A stretch of 64,000 bases of DNA. Origin: Prosthecochloris sp. (GTDB lineage: Bacteria > Bacteroidota > Chlorobiia > Chlorobiales > Chlorobiaceae). The position numbers and the translations under genes are program-made. The notes under the pieces were generated by a model, which saw nothing but the letters and a program-made list of their open reading frames with translations, did not search any database and was not told where the DNA came from. The DNA lies in assembly GCF_015482705.1 (NCBI RefSeq), contig NZ_JADMLA020000039.1; one strand, given 5' to 3'. Below are positions 10,211 through 21,248 of the stretch, piece after piece; positions within the stretch are counted from its first letter, which is position 1; every line of letters starts with the position of its first letter.

Positions 10211-11489
10211 AGGACATAAAGCTGTTTCGGCTATCAATACGCTTGCCGCTGAAACAGTCTGGCCAGAGCACACGACACCTCTCAATATCAGGGAAGCTGA
10301 AAAAAAGCAGTTTTGGCCCAAAGGATTTTCTGCGGGTACTGCGCACGCAGGTATCAAGCAAGGCAAGAAAGATCTATTGATCATCAAATCTGACGAGCCT
10401 TCACAAGCTGCTGCCGTTTTCACCAAAAACCTCTGTTGCGCAGCACCTGTTGTCGTATCGAAAGAACACCTCGAGCAATCTGGGTCTTCGATACGTGCCA
10501 TAATCTGTAACAGCGGCAATGCAAATGCCGCAACCGGAGAAAAAGGATTGATCGATGCAAGAACAACTGTAGAAAAAACAGCCTGTATCCTTGGCATAGC
10601 TCCTCAGGAAGTTCTTGTCGCATCAACCGGCGTTATCGGCACTCTCCTTCCGATGGGCAAGATAAACAGCGCGATCGACTCACTTTCAGCGGTTTTGTTT
10701 GAAACCTCATGTAGAAAAGCCGCCGAAGCAATCATGACAACCGACACCTTTCCGAAATATTTCGGTCTTGACATAGCACTTTCCACCGGCATCGTTCGTC
10801 TCTCAGGCATAGCAAAAGGATCGGGAATGATCTGTCCCGACATGGCGACCATGCTCGCTTTTCTTGTAACCGATGCGAGAATAGAACAGAAGCTACTTCA
10901 GGAAATGCTCTCGAAAGCGAATGAAAAAAGCTTCAACACCATTACAGTCGATGGAGATACAAGCACGAACGATATGGCGGTCTTGTTGTCCGGATCGTCA
11001 TCGAACAACAGGATTCTACCCGGTAGCCGTGATGCTCGAATATTCTATGATGCATTGGAAGGTCTCATGACGTTTCTCGCAAGACTGATCGTCATGGACG
11101 GCGAAGGTGCGTCCAAACTGGTGAAGATACAAGTGGAAGGAGCTGCAACAGATCTCGATGCACGAAAAGCGGCTCGAACCATTGCAAACTCGAGCCTGGT
11201 CAAAACAGCCCTTCACGGTGAAGATGCGAACTGGGGCAGAATCATCGCTGCTGCCGGAAGATCAGGAGCTGTTTTCAATCCGGAAAATGTTTCAATACAA
11301 TTTGAGGATCTCGTCATTCTCCAACCAGGATATCTTTCGGACTTTTCGGAAGATGACGCAAAAAAAATTCTTTGCCGCAACAGCTATACCATTATCGTTT
11401 CCCTGGGTGACGGAGAGGGTAGCGCTGTGGTTCATACTTGCGATTTAAGTAAAGAATACATAGAGATAAACGGCAGTTACAGAACATGA
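10185..11489 (+). CDS. argJ: Bifunctional ornithine acetyltransferase / N-acetylglutamate synthase
   Basis: 434 aa. [14 protein letters not shown], and autoprocessing site region [14 protein letters not shown]. Overlaps the argC stop by 26 nt. Confidence 0.92.
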   Translation: MMKLTDYSKGHKAVSAINTLAAETVWPEHTTPLNIREAEKKQFWPKGFSAGTAHAGIKQGKKDLLIIKSDEPSQAAAVFTKNLCCAAPVVVSKEHLEQSGSSIRAIICNSGNANAATGEKGLIDARTTVEKTACILGIAPQEVLVASTGVIGTLLPMGKINSAIDSLSAVLFETSCRKAAEAIMTTDTFPKYFGLDIALSTGIVRLSGIAKGSGMICPDMATMLAFLVTDARIEQKLLQEMLSKANEKSFNTITVDGDTSTNDMAVLLSGSSSNNRILPGSRDARIFYDALEGLMTFLARLIVMDGEGASKLVKIQVEGAATDLDARKAARTIANSSLVKTALHGEDANWGRIIAAAGRSGAVFNPENVSIQFEDLVILQPGYLSDFSEDDAKKILCRNSYTIIVSLGDGEGSAVVHTCDLSKEYIEINGSYRT

Positions 11490-11515
11490 AAACCATTTAA
11501 TTCAGCAGGCGTTAC

Positions 11516-12397
11516 ATGAAAGAATCTCCTGAAAACCTTCCTCAATCCACCATCGGCCAGGTACTCATCGAAGCACTGCCCTATATCCGGAAATTCGAGG
11601 ATAAAACGTTTGTCATCAAGTACGGCGGTGCCGCCATGAAGGATGAGGTACTCAAAGACGCCTTTGCGCAGAACATCACTCTTTTACGCAAGGTAGGTAT
11701 CAATGTCGTTTTAGTCCATGGAGGGGGTGATGCAATTACAAGAACAGCGGAAAAGCTCGATGTTTCTACACAGTTCATCCATGGAAAAAGGGTCACTGAC
11801 AAGGAAATGATCTCGATCGTGCAAATGACCCTCGCTGGAAAAGTCAACCAGGATATCGTCCGTCTCATCAGCGAACATGGAGCGAAAGCCGTCGGTGTAA
11901 GCGGTCTCGACGCAAATACCATCAAAGCTGTCCCCTGCAAGGAATCGGCATCTCTCGGTCTTGTTGGTGAAATCACCCGAATAAACACCGGTTATCTCGA
12001 CCTTCTCTGCCATGCAAGACTCATTCCGGTCATAGCACCAATCGGGTTCGATGACGAAGGCAACGTTTACAACATCAATGCAGACGATGCTGCAAGCGCA
12101 ATAGCGATTGCGCTCAAGGCTGAGAAACTAATTTATATCAGCGATGTCGCAGGAGTTTACCATGGTGAAGCAATCCTGAAAAGCGTCTGCAAGGCAGAAG
12201 CCGCAGACCTTATCGAAGACGGAGTGATTTCAGGAGGAATGATACCGAAAGCACTTTCGGCATATAAAACACTCGATGGAGGTGTCAATAAAATTCACCT
12301 TATCGACGGCAGACTCATTCACTCCCTACTACTGGAAATTTTCACCGATCAGGGTGTAGGCACACAGTTCGTTACGGAAAAAGATTCAGACCTTTAA
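11516..12397 (+). CDS. argB: Acetylglutamate kinase
   Basis: 293 aa. [16 protein letters not shown] and [12 protein letters not shown] motifs. Confidence 0.92.
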   Translation: MKESPENLPQSTIGQVLIEALPYIRKFEDKTFVIKYGGAAMKDEVLKDAFAQNITLLRKVGINVVLVHGGGDAITRTAEKLDVSTQFIHGKRVTDKEMISIVQMTLAGKVNQDIVRLISEHGAKAVGVSGLDANTIKAVPCKESASLGLVGEITRINTGYLDLLCHARLIPVIAPIGFDDEGNVYNINADDAASAIAIALKAEKLIYISDVAGVYHGEAILKSVCKAEAADLIEDGVISGGMIPKALSAYKTLDGGVNKIHLIDGRLIHSLLLEIFTDQGVGTQFVTEKDSDL

Positions 12398-12418
12398 CCA
12401 CATTCATGGAGATATCTA

Positions 12419-13426
12419 TTGAAAACTCATAGCAGCAAAAGGGATTTTCTCGGCTTTTCCCATCTGGATACCGGAAAAATCATAGAACTCTTTGACTTTT
12501 CCCTGTTTATAAAAAAACAGCGCGGCACAACTTCTGCCTCAGAGTCCTACAAACCCTTATCAGGGAAAACAGTGGCCATGATATTCAACAAGCCCTCACT
12601 CAGGACAAGGGTTTCTTTTGAAATAGGTATACACGAGCTTGGCGGCTATGCAGTGAACCTCGAGGGTAAATCGATTGGAGTCAACTCACGGGAAGCTGTC
12701 GAAGACATTGCCCAGCTCCTCTCTCGTTACAATGATGCGATCGTCGCAAGGCTTCATGAACACAGCGTTATCGAAGCGCTTGCCGAAAATGCAGCAATAC
12801 CTGTCATCAATGCACTTACCGATCTTTCGCACCCGTGTCAGATCCTTGCCGATGCCTTTACGCTCTACGAAAAAGGATTGTGGAACGACAATATCAAAGT
12901 GGTCTTCGTCGGCGACGGCAACAACGTAGCGAATTCCTGGATAGAACTTGCCGGGCGGCTTCCTTTCCACTTCGTTCTTGCGTGTCCTGAAGAGGAGGAG
13001 CATCAACCTGATGCATTCATTCTTGAAACAGCAAGAAAAAACGGTGCAAGCACCATAGAGATCATTCATGACCCAATGGAAGCGGCACGCGACGCCGACG
13101 TTCTTTACACCGATGTCTGGACCAGCATGGGACAGGAAAAGGAAACCGATAAACGGCTTGAAACCTTCAGCAAATACCAGATAAACTCCGAACTGCTCGG
13201 AGCTGCGAAGCCTTCTGCAGTGGTCATGCACTGTATGCCGGCTCATCGTGGTCAGGAAATAACCGCGGAAGTAATGGATGGCCCGCAGTCCATTATCATG
13301 GACGAAGCGGAAAATCGCCTACATGTCCAGAAGGCGATTCTTGTAAAACTCCTCAACCATGAAGAATACAGAAGGTTTCATTTGACTCACAGGCTTCAAA
13401 ACGTCGCAAGCAAACTCACCTCCTGA
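12419..13426 (+). CDS. argF: Ornithine carbamoyltransferase
   Basis: 335 aa with a TTG start. SLRTRVSFE (S-x-R-T-R), HPCQILAD, and MHCMPAHRGQE (HCLP-type motif). Confidence 0.9.
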   Translation: MKTHSSKRDFLGFSHLDTGKIIELFDFSLFIKKQRGTTSASESYKPLSGKTVAMIFNKPSLRTRVSFEIGIHELGGYAVNLEGKSIGVNSREAVEDIAQLLSRYNDAIVARLHEHSVIEALAENAAIPVINALTDLSHPCQILADAFTLYEKGLWNDNIKVVFVGDGNNVANSWIELAGRLPFHFVLACPEEEEHQPDAFILETARKNGASTIEIIHDPMEAARDADVLYTDVWTSMGQEKETDKRLETFSKYQINSELLGAAKPSAVVMHCMPAHRGQEITAEVMDGPQSIIMDEAENRLHVQKAILVKLLNHEEYRRFHLTHRLQNVASKLTS

Positions 13427-13439
13427 TCCGGGAAAAGAC

Positions 13440-13886
13440 ATGGGCAAACAAAACCGGCAACGAAAAATCAAGGAGCTCCTTCAGAACAATGAGGTAGGAA
13501 ATCAACATGAGCTCCTGCATCTTCTGCTGAACGCTGGCATCGATGTCGCTCAGGCAACATTGTCGAGAGACTGTTCGGAACTTGGAGTCATTCGTTCAAG
13601 GACAACGAAAGGATACCGTCTCGAGTTTCCTGAAGACACTCCCGGGCAGATGATCAAAGGTCTCGTGGAAATGGAGATACAGACCATCGATGCAAATGAA
13701 ACAACGATAGTCATCAAGACGCTTCCCGGTAGAGCACATGGTGTCGGTTCTTTCATCGATCACTTCAAACATCCGAAAATTCTGGGAACACTCGCAGGAG
13801 ACGACACGGTTCTCGTCATTCCGGCATCTGTTAACGACATACGTTCAATTCTCGACTATATTCAATCCAATCTTTTTAAAACCTGA
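13440..13886 (+). CDS. argR: Arginine repressor
   Basis: 148 aa. N-terminal winged-helix region ([29 protein letters not shown]) and C-terminal [12 protein letters not shown] arginine-binding motif. Confidence 0.9.
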   Translation: MGKQNRQRKIKELLQNNEVGNQHELLHLLLNAGIDVAQATLSRDCSELGVIRSRTTKGYRLEFPEDTPGQMIKGLVEMEIQTIDANETTIVIKTLPGRAHGVGSFIDHFKHPKILGTLAGDDTVLVIPASVNDIRSILDYIQSNLFKT

Positions 13887-13897
13887 TTAAAGAGCAT

Positions 13898-15106
13898 ATG
13901 AAAAAGGAAAAAATTGCTATTGCCTATTCAGGCGGACTCGACACCTCCGTCATGATTAAATGGCTGAAAGATAAATACGATGCCGATATCGTTGCTGTCA
14001 CCGGTAATCTCGGACAACAGAAAGAGATCGAAAATCTTGAAGAAAAGGCCATCGCAACAGGAGCCTCGAGCTTTTCTTTTTTAGATCTCAGAAAACCGTT
14101 CGTTGAAGAATATATCTGGCCTGCGCTCAAAGCAGGAGCCCTGTATGAAGACGTGTATCCACTCGCAACGGCTCTTGGACGCCCACTGCTTGCCAAAGCC
14201 CTTGTAGATGTAGCGCTTTCCGAAAACTGCACCATGCTTGCACATGGCTGTACCGGTAAAGGAAACGACCAGGTTCGATTTGAAGTAACCTTTGCCTCTC
14301 TTGCACCCCACCTCAAGGTGCTCGCCCCTCTCCGTGAATGGGAGTTCACATCACGAGAAGCGGAAATCGCTTACGCAGAGGAACACAATATCCCGGTATC
14401 TGCAACAAAGAAAAGTCCTTACTCCATCGATGAAAACATCTGGGGCATCAGCATTGAATGCGGCGTGCTCGAAGACCCAATGGTCGCACCACCTGAAGAT
14501 GCTTATCAAATCACGACATCACCTGAAAAAGCGCCTGACAAGGCTGCAGTCATCGACATCGAATTCGAACAGGGCGTTCCCGTTGCGCTCGACGGCAAAA
14601 AAATGGAGGGTCTCGATCTCATCCTGGAACTCAACAAAGTAGGTGCAGCACATGGAATCGGTCGTCTCGACATGATTGAAAATCGCGTAGTAGGCATTAA
14701 ATCGCGGGAAATATACGAGGCTCCCGCAGCAACCATCCTGCACTTCGCCCACCGCGAGCTCGAAAGGCTGACGCAGGAAAAAAACGTTTTTCAATACAAG
14801 AAAAACATAGGCCAGGATTATGCGAACCTGATCTACAACGGAAGATGGTTCTCTCCTATGCGAGAAGCCCTGGACGGATTTGTCGAAGCCACCCAGAAAA
14901 ACGTTACCGGTGTTGTACGCGTCAAATTGTTCAAAGGCTCGGTCACACTGCTCGGCAGAACCTCACCATGGTCGCTCTACAACGAAGAGCTTGCAACCTA
15001 TACCGAAGCCGACACATTCAATCACAAGGCTGCAGAAGGATTCATCCATCTTTACGGCCTTAGCCTGAAAACCTACAGCGAGGTTCAGGAGAAAAACAGA
15101 TCTTGA
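13898..15106 (+). CDS. argG: Argininosuccinate synthase
   Basis: 402 aa. [12 protein letters not shown] pyrophosphatase motif and [13 protein letters not shown]. Confidence 0.93.
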   Translation: MKKEKIAIAYSGGLDTSVMIKWLKDKYDADIVAVTGNLGQQKEIENLEEKAIATGASSFSFLDLRKPFVEEYIWPALKAGALYEDVYPLATALGRPLLAKALVDVALSENCTMLAHGCTGKGNDQVRFEVTFASLAPHLKVLAPLREWEFTSREAEIAYAEEHNIPVSATKKSPYSIDENIWGISIECGVLEDPMVAPPEDAYQITTSPEKAPDKAAVIDIEFEQGVPVALDGKKMEGLDLILELNKVGAAHGIGRLDMIENRVVGIKSREIYEAPAATILHFAHRELERLTQEKNVFQYKKNIGQDYANLIYNGRWFSPMREALDGFVEATQKNVTGVVRVKLFKGSVTLLGRTSPWSLYNEELATYTEADTFNHKAAEGFIHLYGLSLKTYSEVQEKNRS

Positions 15107-15156
15107 AACAAGCGATCAAGAACACAAAAAACCGACCAGTACGACGACTATCACTA

Positions 15157-15185
15157 CCCCGGCCCTTCTTCGGCCGGGGTTTTTG
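15157..15185 (+). terminator. Rho-independent terminator after argG
   Basis: CCCCGGCC (15157-15164) pairs with GGCCGGGG (15172-15179), followed by TTTTT. Confidence 0.8.
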
Positions 15186-15286
15186 TCGCCCCTGATTGCT
15201 TTTCATTCTGAGGAGCAGTAACTTTAACTATCTCTCTTTAAAATAGTTCCGCCCTCTTCACCAATCCGTATCCCAGGAGGTTTTTC

Positions 15287-16210
15287 ATGAAAAAGATCAT
15301 TGTAGCCGCATCGTCGTTTGTGCTCTTGTTGCTGCTCCAGTCTGTCAGTTGGGCATCGGTCAACCAGTTCACCGGCACATGGATCAATTCGGACACGAAC
15401 ACCCGTGGAATCACCAAACTCGAAATAGCGCAACAGGGCTCAGCCCTCAGAATGCATGCCTGGGGCAAATGTCACCCTGACGATTGCGACTGGGGTGAAG
15501 TCGCAGCCGCAATTTACGCTTCCAGCGTTTCGGGTAACATGATGCAGACAGGGAAAGTCATGTCGGCAATTTACACAACCGGCTTCAACCAGACGCTCAT
15601 TGTCGTCAAACCTGCCGGCAAAAACCGCCTTAAAGCAGAAACGTTTACCCGTTTCACCGATGGCAGCAACCGTTCCAACTACACCAACTCTTACACGTTC
15701 AAGAGGATGCTCCAGCTCACGCCTCTACCGATCCCCACACTGCCGGTTCCTATAATTCAGGAAGATTGCATTTCCTTCAACCCGCAGACGGCAACCGTTA
15801 AAAAAATCAATGGAAGCTGGAAAATTGTCGACGGTAATCACTGGATGTTCGACTTCGGCAACAAGAAAAACGAAGCCTATAGGTCGCTTACAATCATCAA
15901 GCACTACGGGATGAACCGGTCGTGTTTTGTCGGTCGACCCGATCCGAGTTTCCAGTATATGCTGGTTTCAGGACAAGCTCCGCAAGGCGGAATCCCCGGT
16001 GAAGATTGTATAGGTTTCAATCCCGATACCATAGAGGTGAAAAATATCAATGGACGCTGGAAAATTGTCGACGGTAATCATTGGATGTTCGACTTCGGCA
16101 ATAAGAAAGCAGAAGCTGAAAAAGCCTTTGCCATCATTAAAAAATACGGTTTCAACCGCACATGCTATGTCGGAAGACCTAATGCAAGTTTCCAGTACCT
16201 GAGAAAATAG
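15287..16210 (+). CDS. Secreted protein of unknown function with two 80-aa tandem repeats
   Basis: 307 aa. AGGAGG at 15275-15280 and signal peptide MKKIIVAASSFVLLLLLQSVSWA. N-terminal domain of about 130 aa, then two repeats: EDCIxFNPxTxxVKxINGxWKIVDGNHWMFDFGNKKxEAxxxxxIIKxYGxNRxCxVGRPxxSFQY. I do not recognise the family. Confidence 0.8.
   Translation: MKKIIVAASSFVLLLLLQSVSWASVNQFTGTWINSDTNTRGITKLEIAQQGSALRMHAWGKCHPDDCDWGEVAAAIYASSVSGNMMQTGKVMSAIYTTGFNQTLIVVKPAGKNRLKAETFTRFTDGSNRSNYTNSYTFKRMLQLTPLPIPTLPVPIIQEDCISFNPQTATVKKINGSWKIVDGNHWMFDFGNKKNEAYRSLTIIKHYGMNRSCFVGRPDPSFQYMLVSGQAPQGGIPGEDCIGFNPDTIEVKNINGRWKIVDGNHWMFDFGNKKAEAEKAFAIIKKYGFNRTCYVGRPNASFQYLRK
15761..16200 (+). repeat. Intragenic tandem duplication, 2 units with a 240-nt period
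   Basis: Unit 1 is 15761-15960 and unit 2 is 16001-16200. The 52-nt core at 15817-15868 versus 16057-16108 differs at only 2 synonymous third-codon positions. Confidence 0.9.
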
Positions 16211-16272
16211 CAGCCCGCATTATCACATAAGGGCTCCTCTATAAGCAAATTAATAGAGATGCCCATAAGCAT

Positions 16273-16316
16273 AAGCCTTCCGGTCCTTGTGAAGAGACCA
16301 GAAGGCTTTTTTTCTT
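16273..16316 (+). terminator. Rho-independent terminator after the repeat-protein gene
   Basis: AAGCCTTCCGGTC (16273-16285) pairs with GACCAGAAGGCTT (16296-16308) with one mismatch, followed by a T-run. Confidence 0.75.
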
Positions 16317-16515
16317 CTTCATTTACCAGTTCATTCACTCACTCCCCTTTATTCATGAAACAACCGATTCCCAGTATAACTTTTTTTCGAGAGCATTATG
16401 CTTTATTATTTAAAGTTCTTTATAAAAAAAGAACAAAAAACAGACCAACTTTTCGGACGGAACAATATTTCTTATCTTCCGCCTTATATACTCAACCAAC
16501 TTGATCTTAAAACCG

Positions 16516-17916
16516 ATGAGCACAAAAAAAGGCAGCGAAAAAGAACTCTTATGGCAAAGCAGATTCAGCGAACCTTTCGATCGGGAAGCCCTTCTGTTCT
16601 CTTCCTCCGTCGATGTGGACAAGGTGCTGTATCAGGAAGATATCAAGGGTTCCATAGCTCATGTGACAATGCTTTCGGAAGAAGCTATACTACCGGTTGA
16701 AGAAGCGAGATTGATTATCGAGGGGCTTGAAGAGATCGAGCAGGAAATCAGTTCCGGCGCACTTGTACCCGACTGGGAAGATGAAGATATCCACACGGTT
16801 ATAGAGAACCGTTTGAAAGAAAAAATCGGACCGATAGCAGGTAAAATGCACTCGGGAAGAAGCCGCAACGACCAGGTAGCAACCGATACGAGGTTATACA
16901 TGAAACGTACCATAGATGAACTTCGCTCGGCACTCGGCGCACTGAACAGCCTGCTTCTTGAAAAAGCAGAAACCTACCGCCACACGATCATTTTCGGTTA
17001 TACCCATCTGCAACGAGCACAGCCGATATCCGCAGGACATTACTACCTCTCGTTCTTCAACATGTTTCTCCGAGACAACCAACGGCTCGACGACCTCTTC
17101 AAACGTGTTGATATTTCCCCGCTCGGTGCTGCCGCATTCGCAGGAAGCACACTGCCGCTCAATGCCCAAAGAAGCATGGAGCTGCTTGACTTCGGCACAC
17201 TGTTCGAAAACAGTATAGACGCTGTCAGTGACAGGGACATCATCATCGAGTTCATATCGGCCTGCTCCATTATCATGATGCATCTTTCGAGATTCTGTGA
17301 GGACCTCATACTTTGGAGCAGTTCGGAGTTCAATTACCTCGAAATCAGTGACGCGTTCGCGACCGGTTCTTCAATTATGCCCCAGAAGAAAAACGCAGAT
17401 ATTGCCGAGTTGGTCAGAGGGAAGACAGGCAGGGTGTACGGCGACCTGATAAACATCCTTACCATCATGAAAGGGCTTCCCCTCTCTTATAACCGTGATA
17501 TGCAGGAGGACAAGCCACCGCTATTCGATGCTGCGAAATCGACTATTTCAAGCGTAAGGATTTTTTCAAAAATGCTGGCACACACCAGGCTGAATGAAGA
17601 AAGACTCACAAAACTCACAGCCGAAGATCTCAGCCTTTCAACGGAAATCGCCGAATATCTTGTGAGAAAAAACCTGCCCTTCCGCGATGCACACAGGATA
17701 ACGGGGAAAATCGTCAGCCATGCAATTGAATCGACTACATCTTTACCGAATATCCCTCTTGAAACCTACCGCAGCTTTTCCGAACTGTTCGATAGTGACC
17801 TCTATGATGCGCTTCAACCCGGAGCGAGCGTCAACACGAAACAATCATATGGGAGCACCTCTTTTGCATCTGTCGACGAACAGATAAACAATGCCAGGAA
17901 AAAAATCAACAGGTGA
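16516..17916 (+). CDS. argH: Argininosuccinate lyase
   Basis: The ORF opens at TTG 16501; the ATG at 16516 ([20 protein letters not shown]) is preferred. GRSRNDQV and fumarate-lyase signature [20 protein letters not shown]. Confidence 0.92.
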   Translation: MSTKKGSEKELLWQSRFSEPFDREALLFSSSVDVDKVLYQEDIKGSIAHVTMLSEEAILPVEEARLIIEGLEEIEQEISSGALVPDWEDEDIHTVIENRLKEKIGPIAGKMHSGRSRNDQVATDTRLYMKRTIDELRSALGALNSLLLEKAETYRHTIIFGYTHLQRAQPISAGHYYLSFFNMFLRDNQRLDDLFKRVDISPLGAAAFAGSTLPLNAQRSMELLDFGTLFENSIDAVSDRDIIIEFISACSIIMMHLSRFCEDLILWSSSEFNYLEISDAFATGSSIMPQKKNADIAELVRGKTGRVYGDLINILTIMKGLPLSYNRDMQEDKPPLFDAAKSTISSVRIFSKMLAHTRLNEERLTKLTAEDLSLSTEIAEYLVRKNLPFRDAHRITGKIVSHAIESTTSLPNIPLETYRSFSELFDSDLYDALQPGASVNTKQSYGSTSFASVDEQINNARKKINR

Positions 17917-17990
17917 AAAAAGACAGATGCCGACAGGTGAAATAGATGGTCGTATTTCAATAAAGACAGCAAACCGTTAGCTCGGTAAGT

Positions 17991-20069
17991 TCACTTTCCG
18001 TTTACCTGCAAAGGAACGATATCTCTTTCTGCGAGACTCTTTCTTCTTAAATCAGCCATATCCGCGACAACTGCCGCTGACTGGGTAAGCAGAATATCGG
18101 GATCGTCCTCCTCGTTCCATTGGGCATCGAATCCCTGAATTCGATCCATTTCCATCTTGAAATCCGGTTCATAGAGTGAGATGAACTCTTTTTTCCTGAA
18201 ACTGCTCAGAAGATCCAGGTCTTCTAGGTAACGAACATAAAGAGAATCATTATCGATCCTTTGAAGATACTTTTTTCTGAGAACCCGGATATCCTCATCC
18301 GAAAGCCTACCTGTTTCAAAATGATCGGTAGCGGATACAACATCCCATTGAAGACTGCTTGGATAAGCGTCTTCACCGACAACTTCAGTGTCGATAAATG
18401 AAGGAATATCGATATCGGGTGTAACACCGAGATTTTGAGTGCTTTCTCCGGAAACACGATAAAACTTGGCAATGGTCAGTTTGACTTGCCCAAGATCATC
18501 ATTTTTCTTGTAGAAAAAATTGAATGGCCGGTTGATCTTGAGTATACTCTGTACCGTCCCTTTTCCAAATGTCCTTCCTCCTATAACCACCCCTCTTCCA
18601 TAGTCCTGAATAGCTGCGGCAAGGATTTCCGATGCTGAAGCACTGTAACGATTCACAAGAACAGCAAGAGGACCATCATATGCAACATCGACTTCTTTAT
18701 CACGCAGAACCGTCAACCCTCCATGCGAGTTCTTGATCTGCACAACCGGACCTTCAGGAATAAAAAGACCTGTAAGCTTAACTGCTTCTTCAAGAGCTCC
18801 GCCACCGTTATTCCTTAGATCCAGAACAATTCCTTCAACGCCTTCTTTTTTTAATTCGACAAGAATTTTTCTGACATCCCTGCTTGTGCTGCTATAATCA
18901 GGCTTTTTTTGTTTCTGGCCTTCGAAATCCAGATAAAAAGCCGGTACGGTAATCACTCCTATTTTTCGACCGTTGGAAATGATAATTTCCTTTTGTGCCG
19001 ACTGCTCTTCAAGCTTGACCTCGTCTCTGACAATCTGAATAATCTTAGCGGGTCCCTTGTTTCCCTGACTGGCAGGAAGAATTTTCAGGCGTACAACCGA
19101 TCCTTTCTTACCACGGATAATCCGGACGACATCGTTAACCCGCCACCCGACAATATCGACAACATTACCTTTTATCCCCTGACCTACACCAATAATCCTG
19201 TCACCTTTCTTGAGCAAATCACCTCTGAATGCAGGACCACCGGGAATCACTTCATTGACAACCGTGTATTCGTTTTCATTTTGAAGTTTCGCACCGATCC
19301 CTTCGAATGAATGGCTCATATCGATCTGAAAGTTCTCATAATCTAACGGCGAAAAATAGTTGGTATGCGGGTCGAATGATGTTGTCAGAGCATAGTTGAA
19401 TGCCCGAAAAGCATCTTCATCGTTCTGTTGCTCAAGCAAAGAAAGACGATTCTTATAACGCTTGACAAGCACATCACGAGGCTCCCCATCCGGATCTTCT
19501 CCGGAATATTTCAGGTTCAGTATCTGATACTTAGCCTCCTTTCTCCAGCGGTCCTGAAGCTCGGCCTGATCCGAAGGCCATGCAACATCTTCACTTTTGA
19601 GATTGAAAGATTCGTTCACGGTGAAATCGAAACGGGCGGTATCGAGCAGGTCGATCATGAACTGCATTTTCTGTTTCGCCTGATCGAGAAACGTGCCATA
19701 GACCAAAAATCCGGCATCCACCTTACCGGCAAGGAATTCATCATCTATAGAATTGCCGATCTCTTTCTGAAATGACTCGACCTGAGATGCCAAAAAGTAA
19801 CTTCTGGTTTCATCGAGCTGATCGAGAAAACGCGAAAGCACCTCCTGAGAGAGAGAATCGTTAATCGGCACCCGGCGGAAATGATACTGCATGAGATAAC
19901 GGCTGAGATATCTCTCCGCTTCTTCCTGAACCGGAGAAGCTTTGAGTGCAACTTCAGCCTGTGGTATGGCCGCTGTCTTTGATTGCACCTCCGTGACCAG
20001 AAGTGCTGAGGAAATCAGAAAAACAGCACCAAAAATCATATATCTGTTTAAACGTCTTGACATGAACAA
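17991..20069 (-). CDS. prc: Tail-specific (C-terminal processing) protease, S41 family with PDZ domain
   Basis: 692 aa with a signal peptide. PDZ region (VIPGGPAFRGDLLKKGDRIIGV), catalytic Ser context NRYSASASEILAAAIQDY, and Lys context TFGKGTVQ. Confidence 0.85.
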   Translation of the reverse strand: MFMSRRLNRYMIFGAVFLISSALLVTEVQSKTAAIPQAEVALKASPVQEEAERYLSRYLMQYHFRRVPINDSLSQEVLSRFLDQLDETRSYFLASQVESFQKEIGNSIDDEFLAGKVDAGFLVYGTFLDQAKQKMQFMIDLLDTARFDFTVNESFNLKSEDVAWPSDQAELQDRWRKEAKYQILNLKYSGEDPDGEPRDVLVKRYKNRLSLLEQQNDEDAFRAFNYALTTSFDPHTNYFSPLDYENFQIDMSHSFEGIGAKLQNENEYTVVNEVIPGGPAFRGDLLKKGDRIIGVGQGIKGNVVDIVGWRVNDVVRIIRGKKGSVVRLKILPASQGNKGPAKIIQIVRDEVKLEEQSAQKEIIISNGRKIGVITVPAFYLDFEGQKQKKPDYSSTSRDVRKILVELKKEGVEGIVLDLRNNGGGALEEAVKLTGLFIPEGPVVQIKNSHGGLTVLRDKEVDVAYDGPLAVLVNRYSASASEILAAAIQDYGRGVVIGGRTFGKGTVQSILKINRPFNFFYKKNDDLGQVKLTIAKFYRVSGESTQNLGVTPDIDIPSFIDTEVVGEDAYPSSLQWDVVSATDHFETGRLSDEDIRVLRKKYLQRIDNDSLYVRYLEDLDLLSSFRKKEFISLYEPDFKMEMDRIQGFDAQWNEEDDPDILLTQSAAVVADMADLRRKSLAERDIVPLQVNGK

Positions 20070-20204
20070 CTTTTAGCTGACTTTGAGTAACAAACACATG
20101 TTGAATGCGAATGCAAATATATTATATTTATGACCACTTATTCGCCGATATCTCTCTATTTTTCAGCAATCGTTGGCACCACATTAATCAATGGAGACCT
20201 TTTG

Positions 20205-21179
20205 ATGCAAAAGCAACCCACCAGCTATAAAGAGCTAGGCCTCGTTAACAGCAGAGATCTGTTCGCCAAAGCCGTGAAAGGCGGTTATGCTATCCCTGCT
20301 TACAACTTCAACAATCTCGAACAGCTTCAGGCGATTATCATGGCTTGCGTTGAGACAAAATCGCCAGTGATTCTCCAGGTTTCAAAAGGCGCACGCAACT
20401 ACGCCAACCAGACACTGCTTCGAAACCTCGCCCGGGGCGCTGTTGAATACGCCGAAGAACTGGGAACCCCTATTCCCATTGTACTCCACCTCGACCACGG
20501 AGATAGCTTCGAGCTTTGCAAAGACTGCATTGAAACCGGTTTTTCATCCGTAATGATCGACGGTTCTCACCTCAGCTACGAAGACAACGTGGCCTTGACC
20601 TGTAAAGTTGTTGAATACGCTCACCAACACGATGTCACCGTTGAAGGAGAACTTGGTGTTCTTGCAGGTGTTGAGGATGAAGTTGCTTCTGAAACACACA
20701 CATACACACAACCTGAAGAAGTAGAAGATTTCGTCACCAAAACCGGAGTCGACAGTCTTGCAATCGCTATAGGAACATCGCATGGCGCTTATAAGTTCAA
20801 GCCAGGAGAGGACCCGAAAATACGCCTCGACATCCTCGAAGAAATAGAAAAACGCATTCCTGGCTTTCCAATCGTTTTACACGGTTCATCCTCCGTACCT
20901 CAGGATCTGGTTGCAACGATCAATGCACATGGTGGCAAATTGAAAGATGCCATAGGTATCAGTGAAGACCAGCTCAGAGAGGCATCGAAATCAGCCGTGT
21001 GCAAAATCAATATCGATTCCGACGGTCGCCTCGCCATGACCGCTGCAGTCCGAAAAGTACTCGACGAAAAACCTGAAGAATTCGATCCGAGAAAATACCT
21101 CGGTCCTGCAAGAGATTCATTGAAAGAACTTTACAAACACAAGATCATCAACGTCCTCGGGTCGGATGACAAGGTGTAG
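20205..21179 (+). CDS. fba: Class II fructose-1,6-bisphosphate aldolase
   Basis: The ORF opens at 20130. The ATG at 20205 is preceded by GGAG (20193-20196) and gives a 324-aa protein. LHLDHG and GTSHGAYKF motifs. Confidence 0.9.
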   Translation: MQKQPTSYKELGLVNSRDLFAKAVKGGYAIPAYNFNNLEQLQAIIMACVETKSPVILQVSKGARNYANQTLLRNLARGAVEYAEELGTPIPIVLHLDHGDSFELCKDCIETGFSSVMIDGSHLSYEDNVALTCKVVEYAHQHDVTVEGELGVLAGVEDEVASETHTYTQPEEVEDFVTKTGVDSLAIAIGTSHGAYKFKPGEDPKIRLDILEEIEKRIPGFPIVLHGSSSVPQDLVATINAHGGKLKDAIGISEDQLREASKSAVCKINIDSDGRLAMTAAVRKVLDEKPEEFDPRKYLGPARDSLKELYKHKIINVLGSDDKV

Positions 21180-21194
21180 TAACACGTTCACTTC

Positions 21195-21225
21195 AAAGAG
21201 GCTGTTCTTTCGAGACAGCCTCTTT
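21195..21225. terminator. Hairpin between convergent fba and the amidohydrolase gene (likely bidirectional terminator)
   Basis: AAAGAGGCTGT (21195-21205) pairs with ACAGCCTCTTT (21215-21225). The flanking U-runs are weak. Confidence 0.55.
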
Positions 21226-21248
21226 CCTACCGGCTTCTACGTTTTAAA

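Noticed and set aside
16259-16700. 81-aa and 100-aa plus-strand ORFs upstream of and overlapping argH
   Set aside because: They run across the repeat-gene terminator and the AT-rich argH upstream region, or out of frame into argH. The sequences are low-complexity with no motifs.
20130-20204. N-terminal extension of the aldolase ORF (similar extensions exist for soxZ to 40678, soxK to 39471, soxB to 39105, ParA from 53110, and eanA to 30695)
   Set aside because: The internal ATGs are preceded by GGAG/AGGAG-type sites or give proper signal, Tat or Walker-A N-termini. The extensions overlap upstream genes or encode non-homologous sequence.
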